Shown here piece by piece: positions 22,437 through 33,028 of a stretch of DNA of 64,000 bases. The position numbers and the translations under genes are program-made. Source of the stretch: a virus; the IMG/VR virus record IMGVR_UViG_3300046777_001438, positions 2,952-66,951 of that record; one strand, written 5' to 3'. The notes beneath the pieces are model-generated. The model searched no databases. It was not told the DNA's origin and saw only the letters and a list, made by a program, of their open reading frames with translations. Position 1 is the first letter of the stretch. The number at the start of each line of letters is the position of its first letter.

Positions 22437-25109
22437 ATGTTGCCAAAACTAAGTGAATATGTTTCCTCCTTTAGTAGGCAAACGCGCAGAACTGTAAATG
22501 ATGTACTTGCTGAGTCAAGGCTTGAAAAAGCTGAGATAGGTAAATTGGTAGCAAAAATATCATCATTTAGCTCAGCTGCTGACTACATACCTAGTTACGT
22601 ATCTGCACTGTCACCTCTTCAGAGGGAGCCAATAATTGATTTATTTAGAGATATGGATTTAAGAATCCAAACAAACTACGATATATCACAGTCCCTTTCC
22701 TTATTGCGTTCTTCTATGTCTGCAATTTTTGCAGGAGAGATAGAAAAGTTAGAAAGAGATGTTGTGTATCTAGAATCTTTTATGAGAAACTGGACTTTTC
22801 TTTCTGGCGAAGAAGATTTATATAATTCTTCTTTTATTGAAAATTTTGACAATGATCAAAATTCACACATTTATGAAAACTCAAATTACAAGATACCAGA
22901 TAGAACCGGAAGCTACTTTTCTGTCAAAGAGTACGCCACAGTTGACAGTTTAACTGATACATTAAAGTTTTCTAACTCTTATGAAAGATCACTAGTCAAT
23001 ATACCAGCAGAAGACATTAAAGAAATAAAGTATCATACAAATTTCTCAAAAGATTACATTAGCAGTGATACTGGAATAATAAATATATTAAACAATGTTT
23101 CTTCAAACACATGGAATTTAACAGTTAAATCTCCTTTAGTCATTAAAGAATCTCTTTTTGAAAGAGAAGAATTTGTAAGATATCAAAACGGTATCAATCT
23201 TGCAGCGTCCGCACAAGTAGCTATTGAAATTGTTTTTAATAAACAAATCAAGGCAACGCGCATCAGACTAACACCCAACTCTTCTTCAGGGCTTTTTGTT
23301 ACTCAAATTGTTGTTGAATCAGGCTCTGGTCAATCTGAGGTGCAAACAACACAGTACCTTGGCAAAAATACAGTTCTTTCAAGCCCAATCTATGTCGATA
23401 AGGGCACAGATGTTGAGCTACCATCGATTGGTTATATTAAATCAATGATAATTTTCCTTTCACAAAAAGAGTATGTAAGAACAAAAATATCACCACTTCA
23501 GTCTGAATCTAATTTTAAAATGATTAACCAACTAGCGTCTGCTATAAGGGTAGAGAGAAAAAATAGTCACGATAAATTACAGGACATGGTAATTAAATAC
23601 TTTATCAAAGACAACGCAAGAGATTATATTATCAGAAATAAAAATTTGTATAACTACGATTACACAAATTACTATCCAACAGATCTTTCTAAAAAAAGTG
23701 TTGGAGTTTTAAAGGAATTAAAAACAAATAAATATTACTCAGATATTGATTCTTTTAATAAATTTAGAAACACATCGATGCTATCAAATATAGTCTTCTC
23801 AATCATCTCCCATTCAATCGGCTCTAAGTTAAAAGCTTTAACTAGCGGAACATATATAGAGTCTAACCTCAGACAAGCAACTAAGTCTGTTTCTTCATAT
23901 AGATCTGGTGGGCTAGTTCCATTGAATGATTCTAATAATATAGAAAACAATTTACATTTCCTAGAAGAAAAGCCTTCCGCATTTAATCAATCAGAGGCTG
24001 TTAATTTACTTGGAAACGTAGAGGAATTAGGTCTGTATGAGTACATGTTTTCATTAAAGGGTATTAGTCTTTTTGCTGTTGACGAAAGCCAATTTGCACA
24101 ACTTAACGTTGTGCCTGGGAATAGGTCAGCATTTGTCAGCAAGAAGATGCCAATTGGTGGACTCCCATTGAGAGTAAAGATGTTAAGTGAATACTTTGGT
24201 GAAATTAGTAGGGCTGAAAATAGTCCAGCTTTTGATTCTACATCAATTGAATTCAGTGTTTCCGTTAAAGATAATCCAACCTTAGAAGAAGATTGGAAGC
24301 CAATAATACCTTTTAATGATAATTCTATAAGAACAGAATTACTAGTGCTGAACACGTTTGGTGGCGCTACGTTGAGATTTATTCCTAATCAAGAATCAGT
24401 AGTGCTTTACGAAAGCCAGGTTAGAAGAGATTATTCTACCTACAGTATTAATGGCAAGGAAATAAAAGTATCTAATTATAATCCAAATAACGTATATTTT
24501 GTTTCATACGTTCCACAAAATATTAATGTACTAAAAGAGATAGAATTATTTTCTAGATCGATGTCTAACCCAGTTTTGATAACTTCAAGCAGTAACGGTT
24601 TCAATGGCGAAAGATTTGAATTGACCCAGGTAGATAATTCAGTAAGACTTTCCAACAGTCCATATATAGATAGAACAAAGTTTGTCAATGCAACATACTC
24701 TTCTACTAATGGAACAATAACAACAAGTAAAAGTTCTTCTGGAAATTTTGATTACTCTTCTTATTCGCCAGTTAAGATCCTGTTTGAAGATGGTACATTC
24801 GCAACAAATTTGACGAACTATCTGCTAGAAGACTATCAGCCAGAAAACTTCTTTAATACATCATCGGTACTCTTTGTGCATACTGGAAAATCAATTATTT
24901 TTAACCAAAAAATAACAAAACCATTTAGAGTTCTTTATCAATATGTTGCTGATGTATTTAGGTATAGAATTATAATGAGAAATCTTACAAAGAATCTTGA
25001 TAATTATTCAGTTGACAGACTTTTGTTTAAGTTTTCTTTAGACAAAGATAATGTAATTGTAGATAATTTTACAAGATACGATAACAAATACAAGAATATA
25101 GTAGCTTAA
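22437..25109 (+). CDS. Virion structural protein
   Basis: 890-aa ORF, tightly coupled within the structural block; helical N-terminus followed by beta-rich body. Confidence 0.55.
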   Translation: MLPKLSEYVSSFSRQTRRTVNDVLAESRLEKAEIGKLVAKISSFSSAADYIPSYVSALSPLQREPIIDLFRDMDLRIQTNYDISQSLSLLRSSMSAIFAGEIEKLERDVVYLESFMRNWTFLSGEEDLYNSSFIENFDNDQNSHIYENSNYKIPDRTGSYFSVKEYATVDSLTDTLKFSNSYERSLVNIPAEDIKEIKYHTNFSKDYISSDTGIINILNNVSSNTWNLTVKSPLVIKESLFEREEFVRYQNGINLAASAQVAIEIVFNKQIKATRIRLTPNSSSGLFVTQIVVESGSGQSEVQTTQYLGKNTVLSSPIYVDKGTDVELPSIGYIKSMIIFLSQKEYVRTKISPLQSESNFKMINQLASAIRVERKNSHDKLQDMVIKYFIKDNARDYIIRNKNLYNYDYTNYYPTDLSKKSVGVLKELKTNKYYSDIDSFNKFRNTSMLSNIVFSIISHSIGSKLKALTSGTYIESNLRQATKSVSSYRSGGLVPLNDSNNIENNLHFLEEKPSAFNQSEAVNLLGNVEELGLYEYMFSLKGISLFAVDESQFAQLNVVPGNRSAFVSKKMPIGGLPLRVKMLSEYFGEISRAENSPAFDSTSIEFSVSVKDNPTLEEDWKPIIPFNDNSIRTELLVLNTFGGATLRFIPNQESVVLYESQVRRDYSTYSINGKEIKVSNYNPNNVYFVSYVPQNINVLKEIELFSRSMSNPVLITSSSNGFNGERFELTQVDNSVRLSNSPYIDRTKFVNATYSSTNGTITTSKSSSGNFDYSSYSPVKILFEDGTFATNLTNYLLEDYQPENFFNTSSVLFVHTGKSIIFNQKITKPFRVLYQYVADVFRYRIIMRNLTKNLDNYSVDRLLFKFSLDKDNVIVDNFTRYDNKYKNIVA

Positions 25110-25117
25110 GGTTTATT

Positions 25118-27541
25118 ATGGCACAATTATCAACAGACACATTGGTTTACTCACAAATAATAGCTAAAGTGCAAAAGTTTATCAATGATTATATGCAAGA
25201 AAAAAATGTTTCTCCAAAAGAATTTGATAAAGCATATCAAGAATTATTGTTTGATATACATAATAAAATAGGTGGAGTTTCAACTGACCTTCATTTGATT
25301 AACAGAGGAGATGCCCCAACGTCTTCAGTTTTTAATAAAATGATATCCACAATTAGCAAAGATTTAAATATAATTACTAATCAATTAGATTCTGTTTCAG
25401 CTAATTATATTAATACTTTTAACTTATTTTCAAATCAAATAGAATCAGAAAAGAATTTTATTTCTAGAATAAAGTCTAAGATAAATGTCTTAGAAATGTA
25501 TTCTGAAAGCTCTTCTGTAGATATGACATACTTAGGTGACTCATTTACCGATCTATCTTATGTGGACTCAAGAGCAATTAGAGCTGGTTTAGTCCCGGAC
25601 ATAAGTGATGGGTATGCCACATTGGCAAAATCATATAGTAAAAAATGGAATTCTAAACCATCAACGATTAATGAAAACTACAATGACTCAGTTAACACAG
25701 ATGTTTCTTTTGTTTCTTATTCCAATGGTTTAAAGGGAAATCATTTTCTCTATCATAGAGATTCTGGCAGTAATCAATTTTTATATGAGAAAGATTCTGC
25801 AATACTTAGATCGACAGAGGCAGCTATAGTTGATGGTAGCCCAGCTACATATTTTGAATATGAGGCAATAAATGTTTTAGGCGAAGGTATGTCTTCTGGT
25901 GGAAGACCAAAACCATCATACGAATTTGAATACTTTAATGGAACAAAATATATCAATTGGGCAAAGTTTGATACTAGCAAGCCGTTGAAGTTAACTCTTC
26001 AATTTGCATCTCAGGCTACTACAGGGGATTATATTAATTATATATCTATAGTTCCATTTTTTGGCTATGATATAGAAGGCGCAAATGCACTAATTAAAAA
26101 TATTAAAGTATCTTCTATAAAACTTTATGATGAAACAAAGAATATTAGCTATGAACTCATCAATAATGGTCCAGTTTATATAGCTTCTGATGTATCAAGT
26201 AAAAATATTAATAATTATAAACAGTTTTTTTATAATAAAGGAGTATTTAGATTTGATGAAAGAAAAGTTAATAAAATTTATATTACATTTGAACAAGATC
26301 AATTTAATGACACAACTATAAAACATACCTATTGGACCCCTTATGAAGTTGGCAAAGAAGCAAAATGGAATAATCAAACTAGATTTGAGCCAGAGGCAGT
26401 GTTGTCGGGAAAAAATCAAACAATTGTTTGGGACAAAAACGTTTTGATCCCAAATGTAAATAGGCCAGAAGAATATAAGTCTGGATCACAAGAAACAAAA
26501 CAGGTTGCAGTTTCTTACACAACACAAATACCTGGGCAAGCTAAGTATCAATTAAAGATAACCTCTGGAAAAAATTCCTACTATTGGAGTAAGCAAGATC
26601 CAATGTCTGGGATTGATCTTTTCACCACAAAAGATTTTGCCCCAGTCTTCCCTTCCAAGGAGACGCTGGAAGCAGCGCTGTCAAGAATAACAAAGAGTCA
26701 GATTCCAGCAGCATGCGTGTTGGTTGATTCTTCTAAGCTAAATCCATTAGCAGCTTTAAAGATAAAGCTAAATGCAATATCTGCTACTACTGGATCAGCA
26801 ACAATTATCACTCAATCAAATCACAACTTATCTACTGGGGATAAGGTTTATATAAAAGATGTCTGGGGCACTGTTGATATCTATGGAATATTTACCGTTA
26901 CAAGCACACCTAGCTTAACGCAATTTGTTGTTGGGACTAGCCTAAGTGGCACAATACCATCAACTGATGTGTCTGCAAATTTTGGTGATTGCTATAAGGT
27001 CATAGATAGTCCATCAGCTTCAAATATGTCAATAGAAACATTTTCTAATCCAGTTAATAGAACTGAAAAAATTATTTTAAATCTAAAAAGAAATTTTGAA
27101 TACCTCAAGGCTAAAAGAGCAAGCATAGGGATTAGAGATATTTCGTTTGGAAAAGAAACTTTTCAAGACTCTGCAGAAATAGTATCGAAACCATTTTTCA
27201 TCCAGGGCCAACTGGATATGTTGAGTTTGGATGTAGCAGATGAAACACCTGAGTCTGATAGTGGAAAGTCAACTATCAGATATTACATCAGTGTTGATGG
27301 TGGTTTAAAATGGATACAAATATCTCCAATTGAAAGAAATTTTTCTGGGGTACCAGAAATACTGGCGTTTAATCATAATTTAAACAATGATACAACGATT
27401 CCTCAGATAGCATACTTTAATGAGCCAGATGTCCCAAACCCTATCAACACAGTCATAGTTAAAATAATTATGCAAAAGGACAGATCTTTAAACAATACGC
27501 CAATAGTTTACTACTATAAACTTGGAATTAGGACTCGATAA
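25118..27541 (+). CDS. Virion structural protein
   Basis: 807 aa. Contains an HNLSTGDKVYI beta-barrel-type motif common in virion proteins and a YYISVDGG..W C-terminal motif. Confidence 0.55.
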   Translation: MAQLSTDTLVYSQIIAKVQKFINDYMQEKNVSPKEFDKAYQELLFDIHNKIGGVSTDLHLINRGDAPTSSVFNKMISTISKDLNIITNQLDSVSANYINTFNLFSNQIESEKNFISRIKSKINVLEMYSESSSVDMTYLGDSFTDLSYVDSRAIRAGLVPDISDGYATLAKSYSKKWNSKPSTINENYNDSVNTDVSFVSYSNGLKGNHFLYHRDSGSNQFLYEKDSAILRSTEAAIVDGSPATYFEYEAINVLGEGMSSGGRPKPSYEFEYFNGTKYINWAKFDTSKPLKLTLQFASQATTGDYINYISIVPFFGYDIEGANALIKNIKVSSIKLYDETKNISYELINNGPVYIASDVSSKNINNYKQFFYNKGVFRFDERKVNKIYITFEQDQFNDTTIKHTYWTPYEVGKEAKWNNQTRFEPEAVLSGKNQTIVWDKNVLIPNVNRPEEYKSGSQETKQVAVSYTTQIPGQAKYQLKITSGKNSYYWSKQDPMSGIDLFTTKDFAPVFPSKETLEAALSRITKSQIPAACVLVDSSKLNPLAALKIKLNAISATTGSATIITQSNHNLSTGDKVYIKDVWGTVDIYGIFTVTSTPSLTQFVVGTSLSGTIPSTDVSANFGDCYKVIDSPSASNMSIETFSNPVNRTEKIILNLKRNFEYLKAKRASIGIRDISFGKETFQDSAEIVSKPFFIQGQLDMLSLDVADETPESDSGKSTIRYYISVDGGLKWIQISPIERNFSGVPEILAFNHNLNNDTTIPQIAYFNEPDVPNPINTVIVKIIMQKDRSLNNTPIVYYYKLGIRTR

Positions 27542-27542
27542 T

Positions 27543-29750
27543 ATGACTATAGAAAATATACAAAAGAAAAGATTTTTAGATACAATATATAAAATCTACT
27601 ACTCTTTAGGTTCTGAGCCTAGCATAAATGAAATATCAACAATATATGGAAGATATTTTTCTAGATTTAAACCAGGTCAGCCAATCCCAGTACCATATCA
27701 AGACCTCTCGGCATCTGCAGTTATTGATCATGAAAAGCTAAATAGACTATTGGCACACACAACATTTAACGTTGATGTTCTTTATGATTCATTCTACGAA
27801 GAAATAGAAGAACTCTACGCAACAATCTCTGCATTTAAGTTTAGGATAGACAGTTTAAAATCAAGAAGAGCTGAATTAGAAAAAACAGTAGATGATCATT
27901 TGTTCGCAATTAACAACACTAATGGTTATTTCTACAGTCACACAAATGCATTTAATAATACAAATTTAACAGACCTACAAAATACAACTGCGGTAGTAGA
28001 TACTTCTGCAAGAAAACTTACTCTTCCAAAAATAACTTCTGGTCTCTTTAACTACGTTGGGAACATACTTAACAAAACAAGTAACGCTACCGTAGAACTA
28101 TTTATCGATGGAAAAGAAGTTAAAAGTCAAACTGGTGTTGATTTTTCAAACGTTTTTAACGGCTTAAATAATAGTGAATGGACATTCACCCACGAGTCAC
28201 CAACAATTGGTGTTTATACATTAAAAATAACAGTTCCAATTTCTTCTAGCGGCGCAACATCAGCTGGAATATCATTGGTTGAAGGAAAAATTAATTCTCA
28301 AAAACCAGTAGAAATTTCTACTTTAATAGTAGATTCATTCGACAGAAGTAAGTCATTATTTTTCTCTAAGGATAGCTCTCGTGATTATGATAATTTCTCT
28401 TTTTCTTTTGCAACTAAACCAGCCTCTGCCGTTGAGATCTACCTAACAAAGGTTGAACCAGATTACACAAGTAAATCAAATGATTCAGTTAGATATGTTT
28501 ATGACTTTAGAATTGAAGAGCTGATAATAACCGCACCCTACTACGATGCATCTGCAATGTTTGTGAGCCAAAGAATTTCAATGCCAACAACACAGAACCC
28601 CAACTTGGCAATAGATGAAATATCATTTGACACACTTGACCAAGTGCCTGCTGGTTCAGCAATAAATTATTATATAGCAGCTGATGATGGTACGCCCAAG
28701 TTAACTAGTGATTTTAGTTGGATAGCAATATCTCCAGCCTCAATGAAAAATGCAAGTAATAAGAGTGTTGTTAAGTTTAGTGGGACAAAAAGAAATGAAG
28801 CGAAGATAATAGATGTCGTTGGTAGTTCTTTGGAATCATCTGCCTATGAAATGGTAAAAATTCCAAGGACAACAGAATATAAGAACCCTATATCTGGATA
28901 TTTTTATGCAAAAGATCCTACAAGTGTAAATTTTAATCTCTACAGATTGGCTAAGTTTCAAAAAGGCATTAGCCCATATGAAGTGTATATGCTGGAAAAT
29001 GTGGATAGTAATCAAATATCTGCGTCCATAGTCAGTGGCACTTCTATGGACAGAATCACGTGGCAAGACGTGCTGTCTGGGAAAAGAAATGATATTGTTC
29101 CAACAAAAGTTTCTTATAGCGTTGCTAATAGTGAGGTATTTTATCAGGCACAAAACGTATCTTACGGTAGTATATATTTAACAACTAATATTTATTTAGA
29201 CGAAAGCTATACTATAACCAAGAACTTCTTGAAATCACTATCAGCACAATTTTGGGATATCAAAATATACTTGAATGGTGTAGAGCTTACTGGTAGCGGG
29301 TCACTTGCTCCTGGAATATTAACATCTTCACTTACTTGGAACTTTAAAGCTGGACAAAATTCAATAGTTATTATAATAAATAAATCCACAAATGATACTT
29401 CAGGGATCGAAACAACATTTAATGGGTCAATATCTCTGATGGAAGGAATGTCTCTAGCAGATATACCTAATAGTGAAATATACAAAAACTATTTGTCCTA
29501 TGTTAAAATAGAAGATTTGAGAAATAAATACTCAAATATAGACAATGTATTTTCAATAATAAATTGGGAAAATAATACAGAAATAGTATATAGAAGAACA
29601 GAAGAAATAAAGACTGGAAGTAGGGTATACTATTTAGTAAACGATTCTGGTAAACCAAATGGCGTTAGAGTTAGGGCTGATTTAATCAGAGGCAATGATT
29701 CATATACTGCCCCAGTCGTTTTATCTTATACATTAAAGTTTAAAAACTAG
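27543..29750 (+). CDS. Virion structural protein
   Basis: ATG 27543 lies just after the upstream stop; architecture similar to neighbouring genes. Confidence 0.55.
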   Translation: MTIENIQKKRFLDTIYKIYYSLGSEPSINEISTIYGRYFSRFKPGQPIPVPYQDLSASAVIDHEKLNRLLAHTTFNVDVLYDSFYEEIEELYATISAFKFRIDSLKSRRAELEKTVDDHLFAINNTNGYFYSHTNAFNNTNLTDLQNTTAVVDTSARKLTLPKITSGLFNYVGNILNKTSNATVELFIDGKEVKSQTGVDFSNVFNGLNNSEWTFTHESPTIGVYTLKITVPISSSGATSAGISLVEGKINSQKPVEISTLIVDSFDRSKSLFFSKDSSRDYDNFSFSFATKPASAVEIYLTKVEPDYTSKSNDSVRYVYDFRIEELIITAPYYDASAMFVSQRISMPTTQNPNLAIDEISFDTLDQVPAGSAINYYIAADDGTPKLTSDFSWIAISPASMKNASNKSVVKFSGTKRNEAKIIDVVGSSLESSAYEMVKIPRTTEYKNPISGYFYAKDPTSVNFNLYRLAKFQKGISPYEVYMLENVDSNQISASIVSGTSMDRITWQDVLSGKRNDIVPTKVSYSVANSEVFYQAQNVSYGSIYLTTNIYLDESYTITKNFLKSLSAQFWDIKIYLNGVELTGSGSLAPGILTSSLTWNFKAGQNSIVIIINKSTNDTSGIETTFNGSISLMEGMSLADIPNSEIYKNYLSYVKIEDLRNKYSNIDNVFSIINWENNTEIVYRRTEEIKTGSRVYYLVNDSGKPNGVRVRADLIRGNDSYTAPVVLSYTLKFKN

Positions 29751-29757
29751 GATCTTT

Positions 29758-30195
29758 ATGGCATTATCGTATTCGGAAAATAACAAAAGAGAAAACACTT
29801 TTGAGCCCCTGTTGTCTAGGGTTAGACTGCCGTACAAGGGACCAGTCGCTTCAAGTGTTATAAATCTTTTTAACGACCAGATTCGTATGGACTTGCATAG
29901 ATTAGATAGCAAGACGGCCCTACTAGAATCTTTAATAAGCACACTGTCTAATATGTCTAGAAATGATCTAAATTTAGCAACCCCAGATTACTACCTAAAT
30001 GAAGACTTACTTATGACTGTGTATAGTCAGGAAATATCATATAATTCAGTCACCGAAGAATATGAAGTATCTATGGCTACGCCATATTATAATGAGTCCT
30101 TATCTTTTGATAAGGCCCAAAAGAATTCAGCGACAATAAGTTTTTTAAATAGAAAATTACATCTAATTGAAGAAGCTTTGAGAAAAGAACAATAG
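29758..30195 (+). CDS. Putative virion protein (coiled-coil)
   Basis: YKGPVASSVINLFNDQIRMDL N-terminal motif resembles that of the next gene. Confidence 0.5.
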   Translation: MALSYSENNKRENTFEPLLSRVRLPYKGPVASSVINLFNDQIRMDLHRLDSKTALLESLISTLSNMSRNDLNLATPDYYLNEDLLMTVYSQEISYNSVTEEYEVSMATPYYNESLSFDKAQKNSATISFLNRKLHLIEEALRKEQ

Positions 30196-30204
30196 GAGAT
30201 TTAA

Positions 30205-31479
30205 ATGTCAGAGTTTATTTATACAGAAAAAAAACCAGTCCAATATCATGGGCCGCTTTCCAGTACTGATTTTAATGAGCGATCAGAGCAGAACTACGCT
30301 GACTTAGTATATCTCTACAATAAATATGGTGTCTTAGACAAAAAGATAACAGAAATAATAGAAAGAGTTATAAAAGAAAATATATATCTTTCATCAGCCC
30401 TATCTGATCTAAAAAATAGAATTAGAGTAATGGAGAGTATAAATACTAATCAAATTTCCATTCATTCAAAGTCACAAATAAACCTATCAGCCTTTGCAAA
30501 TACCAGCTATGCAATCCCCGCCTCGTTGGCACTTGAATTTAATGACTATTACAACACAATAACCCTGCCAAAGGTGTCCAGTTCATCACATTCTAAGATC
30601 AAGTTTGTCAATTCAACAAAAGGTCAAGTAATACCAGATTTTCTTGAAACAAGAATTGATCCTAACTTGGCTGGTGGAGATGGCAACGGTGCACTTATAG
30701 ATACTACCCCAGTTCAATACGCATTCTTGAATCAACCAGATAAAGTCTGGAGAAGAAATGTGATATTAACTGAGCCGAATCCTTTTGGGGTTAGTATGTA
30801 TCTTTATGTTAAAATACCAACAGGTACTGTGGGTAACTCTTTGGCAAACTATGTGTCTCTTGCTCCGTACCCAAGTAGTGGAGTTGATGTTGTTAGAGTT
30901 GAGTACACCACTTCGGTTAGCCCAACTATGACCGACAAGGATCTTTATCAAAGTTTTAACCCAGGCTATTACGACGGGGAATACGATGCCATAGGCAAGG
31001 TTGCCCCTGGTGGTTGGTCAACTGTAGGTTCTGACACAATTGTGAATTCTGGTCCACTACAGTTCATCACTTCTGACAAGAGTATTACGGCAGTAAGAAT
31101 ATTACTGCGTCAAAGAAATTATATTAAAGAAAACAATTCCTATATATACACATACGGATTATCTGACATAGATATAAGGTACGAAAAGTACCTGTCCACA
31201 GGCAGAACGTTTATACGCTTCGATGCACCAACGGGCAATACAATTAGGGAAATACTAAATGTTTCACCTAAGATATATAACGTTTCACCCTCCCTGCTTT
31301 CCAGCGTATTTAGCCACAAAATATACTACCCAGTTATCTCGGGATCAGAAACAACATATAGCCTCGTAAATCCAGAGACCTCAGACCACGTATACGTTGA
31401 GGTTACCTTAAACATGCTAGATGATATGGTGCCGCCAGTGCTTTCAGACCTTATAATTGAGGCAGATTATAACCTATAA
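30205..31479 (+). CDS. Virion structural protein
   Basis: AGGAG RBS; YHGPLSSTDFNERSEQNYADLVYLY N-terminal motif. Confidence 0.55.
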   Translation: MSEFIYTEKKPVQYHGPLSSTDFNERSEQNYADLVYLYNKYGVLDKKITEIIERVIKENIYLSSALSDLKNRIRVMESINTNQISIHSKSQINLSAFANTSYAIPASLALEFNDYYNTITLPKVSSSSHSKIKFVNSTKGQVIPDFLETRIDPNLAGGDGNGALIDTTPVQYAFLNQPDKVWRRNVILTEPNPFGVSMYLYVKIPTGTVGNSLANYVSLAPYPSSGVDVVRVEYTTSVSPTMTDKDLYQSFNPGYYDGEYDAIGKVAPGGWSTVGSDTIVNSGPLQFITSDKSITAVRILLRQRNYIKENNSYIYTYGLSDIDIRYEKYLSTGRTFIRFDAPTGNTIREILNVSPKIYNVSPSLLSSVFSHKIYYPVISGSETTYSLVNPETSDHVYVEVTLNMLDDMVPPVLSDLIIEADYNL

Positions 31480-31545
31480 GATATGGTGAAAATGGATAAG
31501 TCTTTTTACTATATAGCATATAAGTTTATTTAAGGAGACTAATAA

Positions 31546-32187
31546 ATGGCTACTTTTTACGTTGGACCTAGACCAGTACTCAGAGGTCAAAGCACTGCAA
31601 CTATGGTTAACCCATACTTCACGATGACGGGTAAGGCCAAGGGCACTGGCACCTACTCTTACTACCCGCTATATAGCTCTAGCCAACTGCTGACAGGAGC
31701 TCCAGACAACGATCACACTCCTGGAACTGGACGTCATCCAGGCAACGTGCTGTTGTCCCAACTTTTTACTGGATCAACTCTTTACGCAGGAACTACTCCT
31801 TTGGCTGGGGCATTCCCAGATGGTAAGGCTACCTATGATGGCGCAAGATTTAAGCCATTTGAATATAAGGGCCTCACTGGCGCACAGGCATTTGGATCAG
31901 GCTTTGGACATGCCGCAGACAGAGTTAACCCATACGCTCTTTACAGCAACTACTTCTTTGACGGTGTTACCTCTGCAAATGTATTTGCAAGCGGTTATGG
32001 ACACGGCCCAAGAACAGAAGCTCAAGGTGCAGCAGCATCCTTTGGCTTGTTTAGACCAACTGAATTCATTGGCGTTACAAGCGCAAAGATTTTTACAGAC
32101 GGTTATGGACAACCAAACACATCTTCCGATTATGGAAGAAACAAGGTAAGAGAATATAAGGGACTTGCTTCAGCAAAAGCTCTATAA
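31546..32187 (+). CDS. Gly/aromatic-rich repeat protein, possibly virion decoration
   Basis: AAGGAG RBS; four imperfect (Y/F)xG(L/V)xSAxxF repeats. Confidence 0.5.
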   Translation: MATFYVGPRPVLRGQSTATMVNPYFTMTGKAKGTGTYSYYPLYSSSQLLTGAPDNDHTPGTGRHPGNVLLSQLFTGSTLYAGTTPLAGAFPDGKATYDGARFKPFEYKGLTGAQAFGSGFGHAADRVNPYALYSNYFFDGVTSANVFASGYGHGPRTEAQGAAASFGLFRPTEFIGVTSAKIFTDGYGQPNTSSDYGRNKVREYKGLASAKAL

Positions 32188-32221
32188 TATTATCTTCAGC
32201 CTAGCTGAACAACAAAACACC

Positions 32222-32230
32222 TGCTATAAT
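32222..32230 (+). promoter_or_regulatory. Extended -10 promoter TGCTATAAT inside the palindrome CTGCTA-TAAT-TAGCAG
   Basis: Exact TGnTATAAT in the intergenic gap at the start of the nucleotide-metabolism block. Confidence 0.6.
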
Positions 32231-32251
32231 TAGCAGCATGAAGTAACAAAT

Positions 32252-32276
32252 TCCCGCCTCACAAGGGCGGGATTTT
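32252..32276 (+). terminator. Intrinsic terminator-like hairpin
   Basis: TCCCGCC-tcacaag-GGCGGGA followed by TTTT. Confidence 0.65.
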
Positions 32277-32326
32277 GATTATAGTGGTAAGTTTATAAGT
32301 TTTGATAGAAGCAAAGAGGATTAGAT

Positions 32327-33019
32327 ATGTCTATACAAGCGTTGGAACAATTTGTTTCCACTGATGTCTTAACGAAAGACCTTGCCGCAAAGTATCTAAC
32401 TCTTTATCTTGGAGAAGCTGATTGGAAAGAAAAAATAGATCAACTATTTGTTGTCCAAAAAAAGAAATTAGGCGATGATAAAGCAAAAGAGTTTGTTAAA
32501 AAATCAATAGCCTGTGCCTGCTTGTCTCCAATCATTAACAAGTCTGCAATACCAGATGAAAAACACGTACTCTTATTTTGGGTTAGTGGTTGGCCTCAAT
32601 TTAATGAGCGCGATTGGTTTTCTCTGTTTAAAGATGTAGTCAAGACAGATATTCAGATAGAAAAAAATAGATCATTAGTTCTACAAGAGGGCGTATTTGA
32701 TCACATAGATATACCACCACTAACAAGACAAGCGTATAATTGGCTCTACGAAAAGCTAGATAAAGAATCATTTTCAAGTCACGACAAAAAAGAAGAGGCT
32801 GTGACAAAAATGAAGAACTTAATTAAGATTTACGGAGGTGCAGTCATATGTAATGTCTTTACTAATTATGGACTGCATGTAGAGAAAGTGCTAAATTGGA
32901 GAAGTGGATATTTTATAGAAAAAGAGATTCACAAAGTTTATTCCACTGAACAGATTTTAAAAATAAAAAAAGCAGAAATACATAAAACAAATTCTAATTA
33001 TATAAAGAGCATAAAATAG
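32327..33019 (+). CDS. Hypothetical protein
   Basis: 230-aa ORF with GAGGA RBS; no motif recognised. Confidence 0.6.
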   Translation: MSIQALEQFVSTDVLTKDLAAKYLTLYLGEADWKEKIDQLFVVQKKKLGDDKAKEFVKKSIACACLSPIINKSAIPDEKHVLLFWVSGWPQFNERDWFSLFKDVVKTDIQIEKNRSLVLQEGVFDHIDIPPLTRQAYNWLYEKLDKESFSSHDKKEEAVTKMKNLIKIYGGAVICNVFTNYGLHVEKVLNWRSGYFIEKEIHKVYSTEQILKIKKAEIHKTNSNYIKSIK

Positions 33020-33028
33020 GAGAAATAA

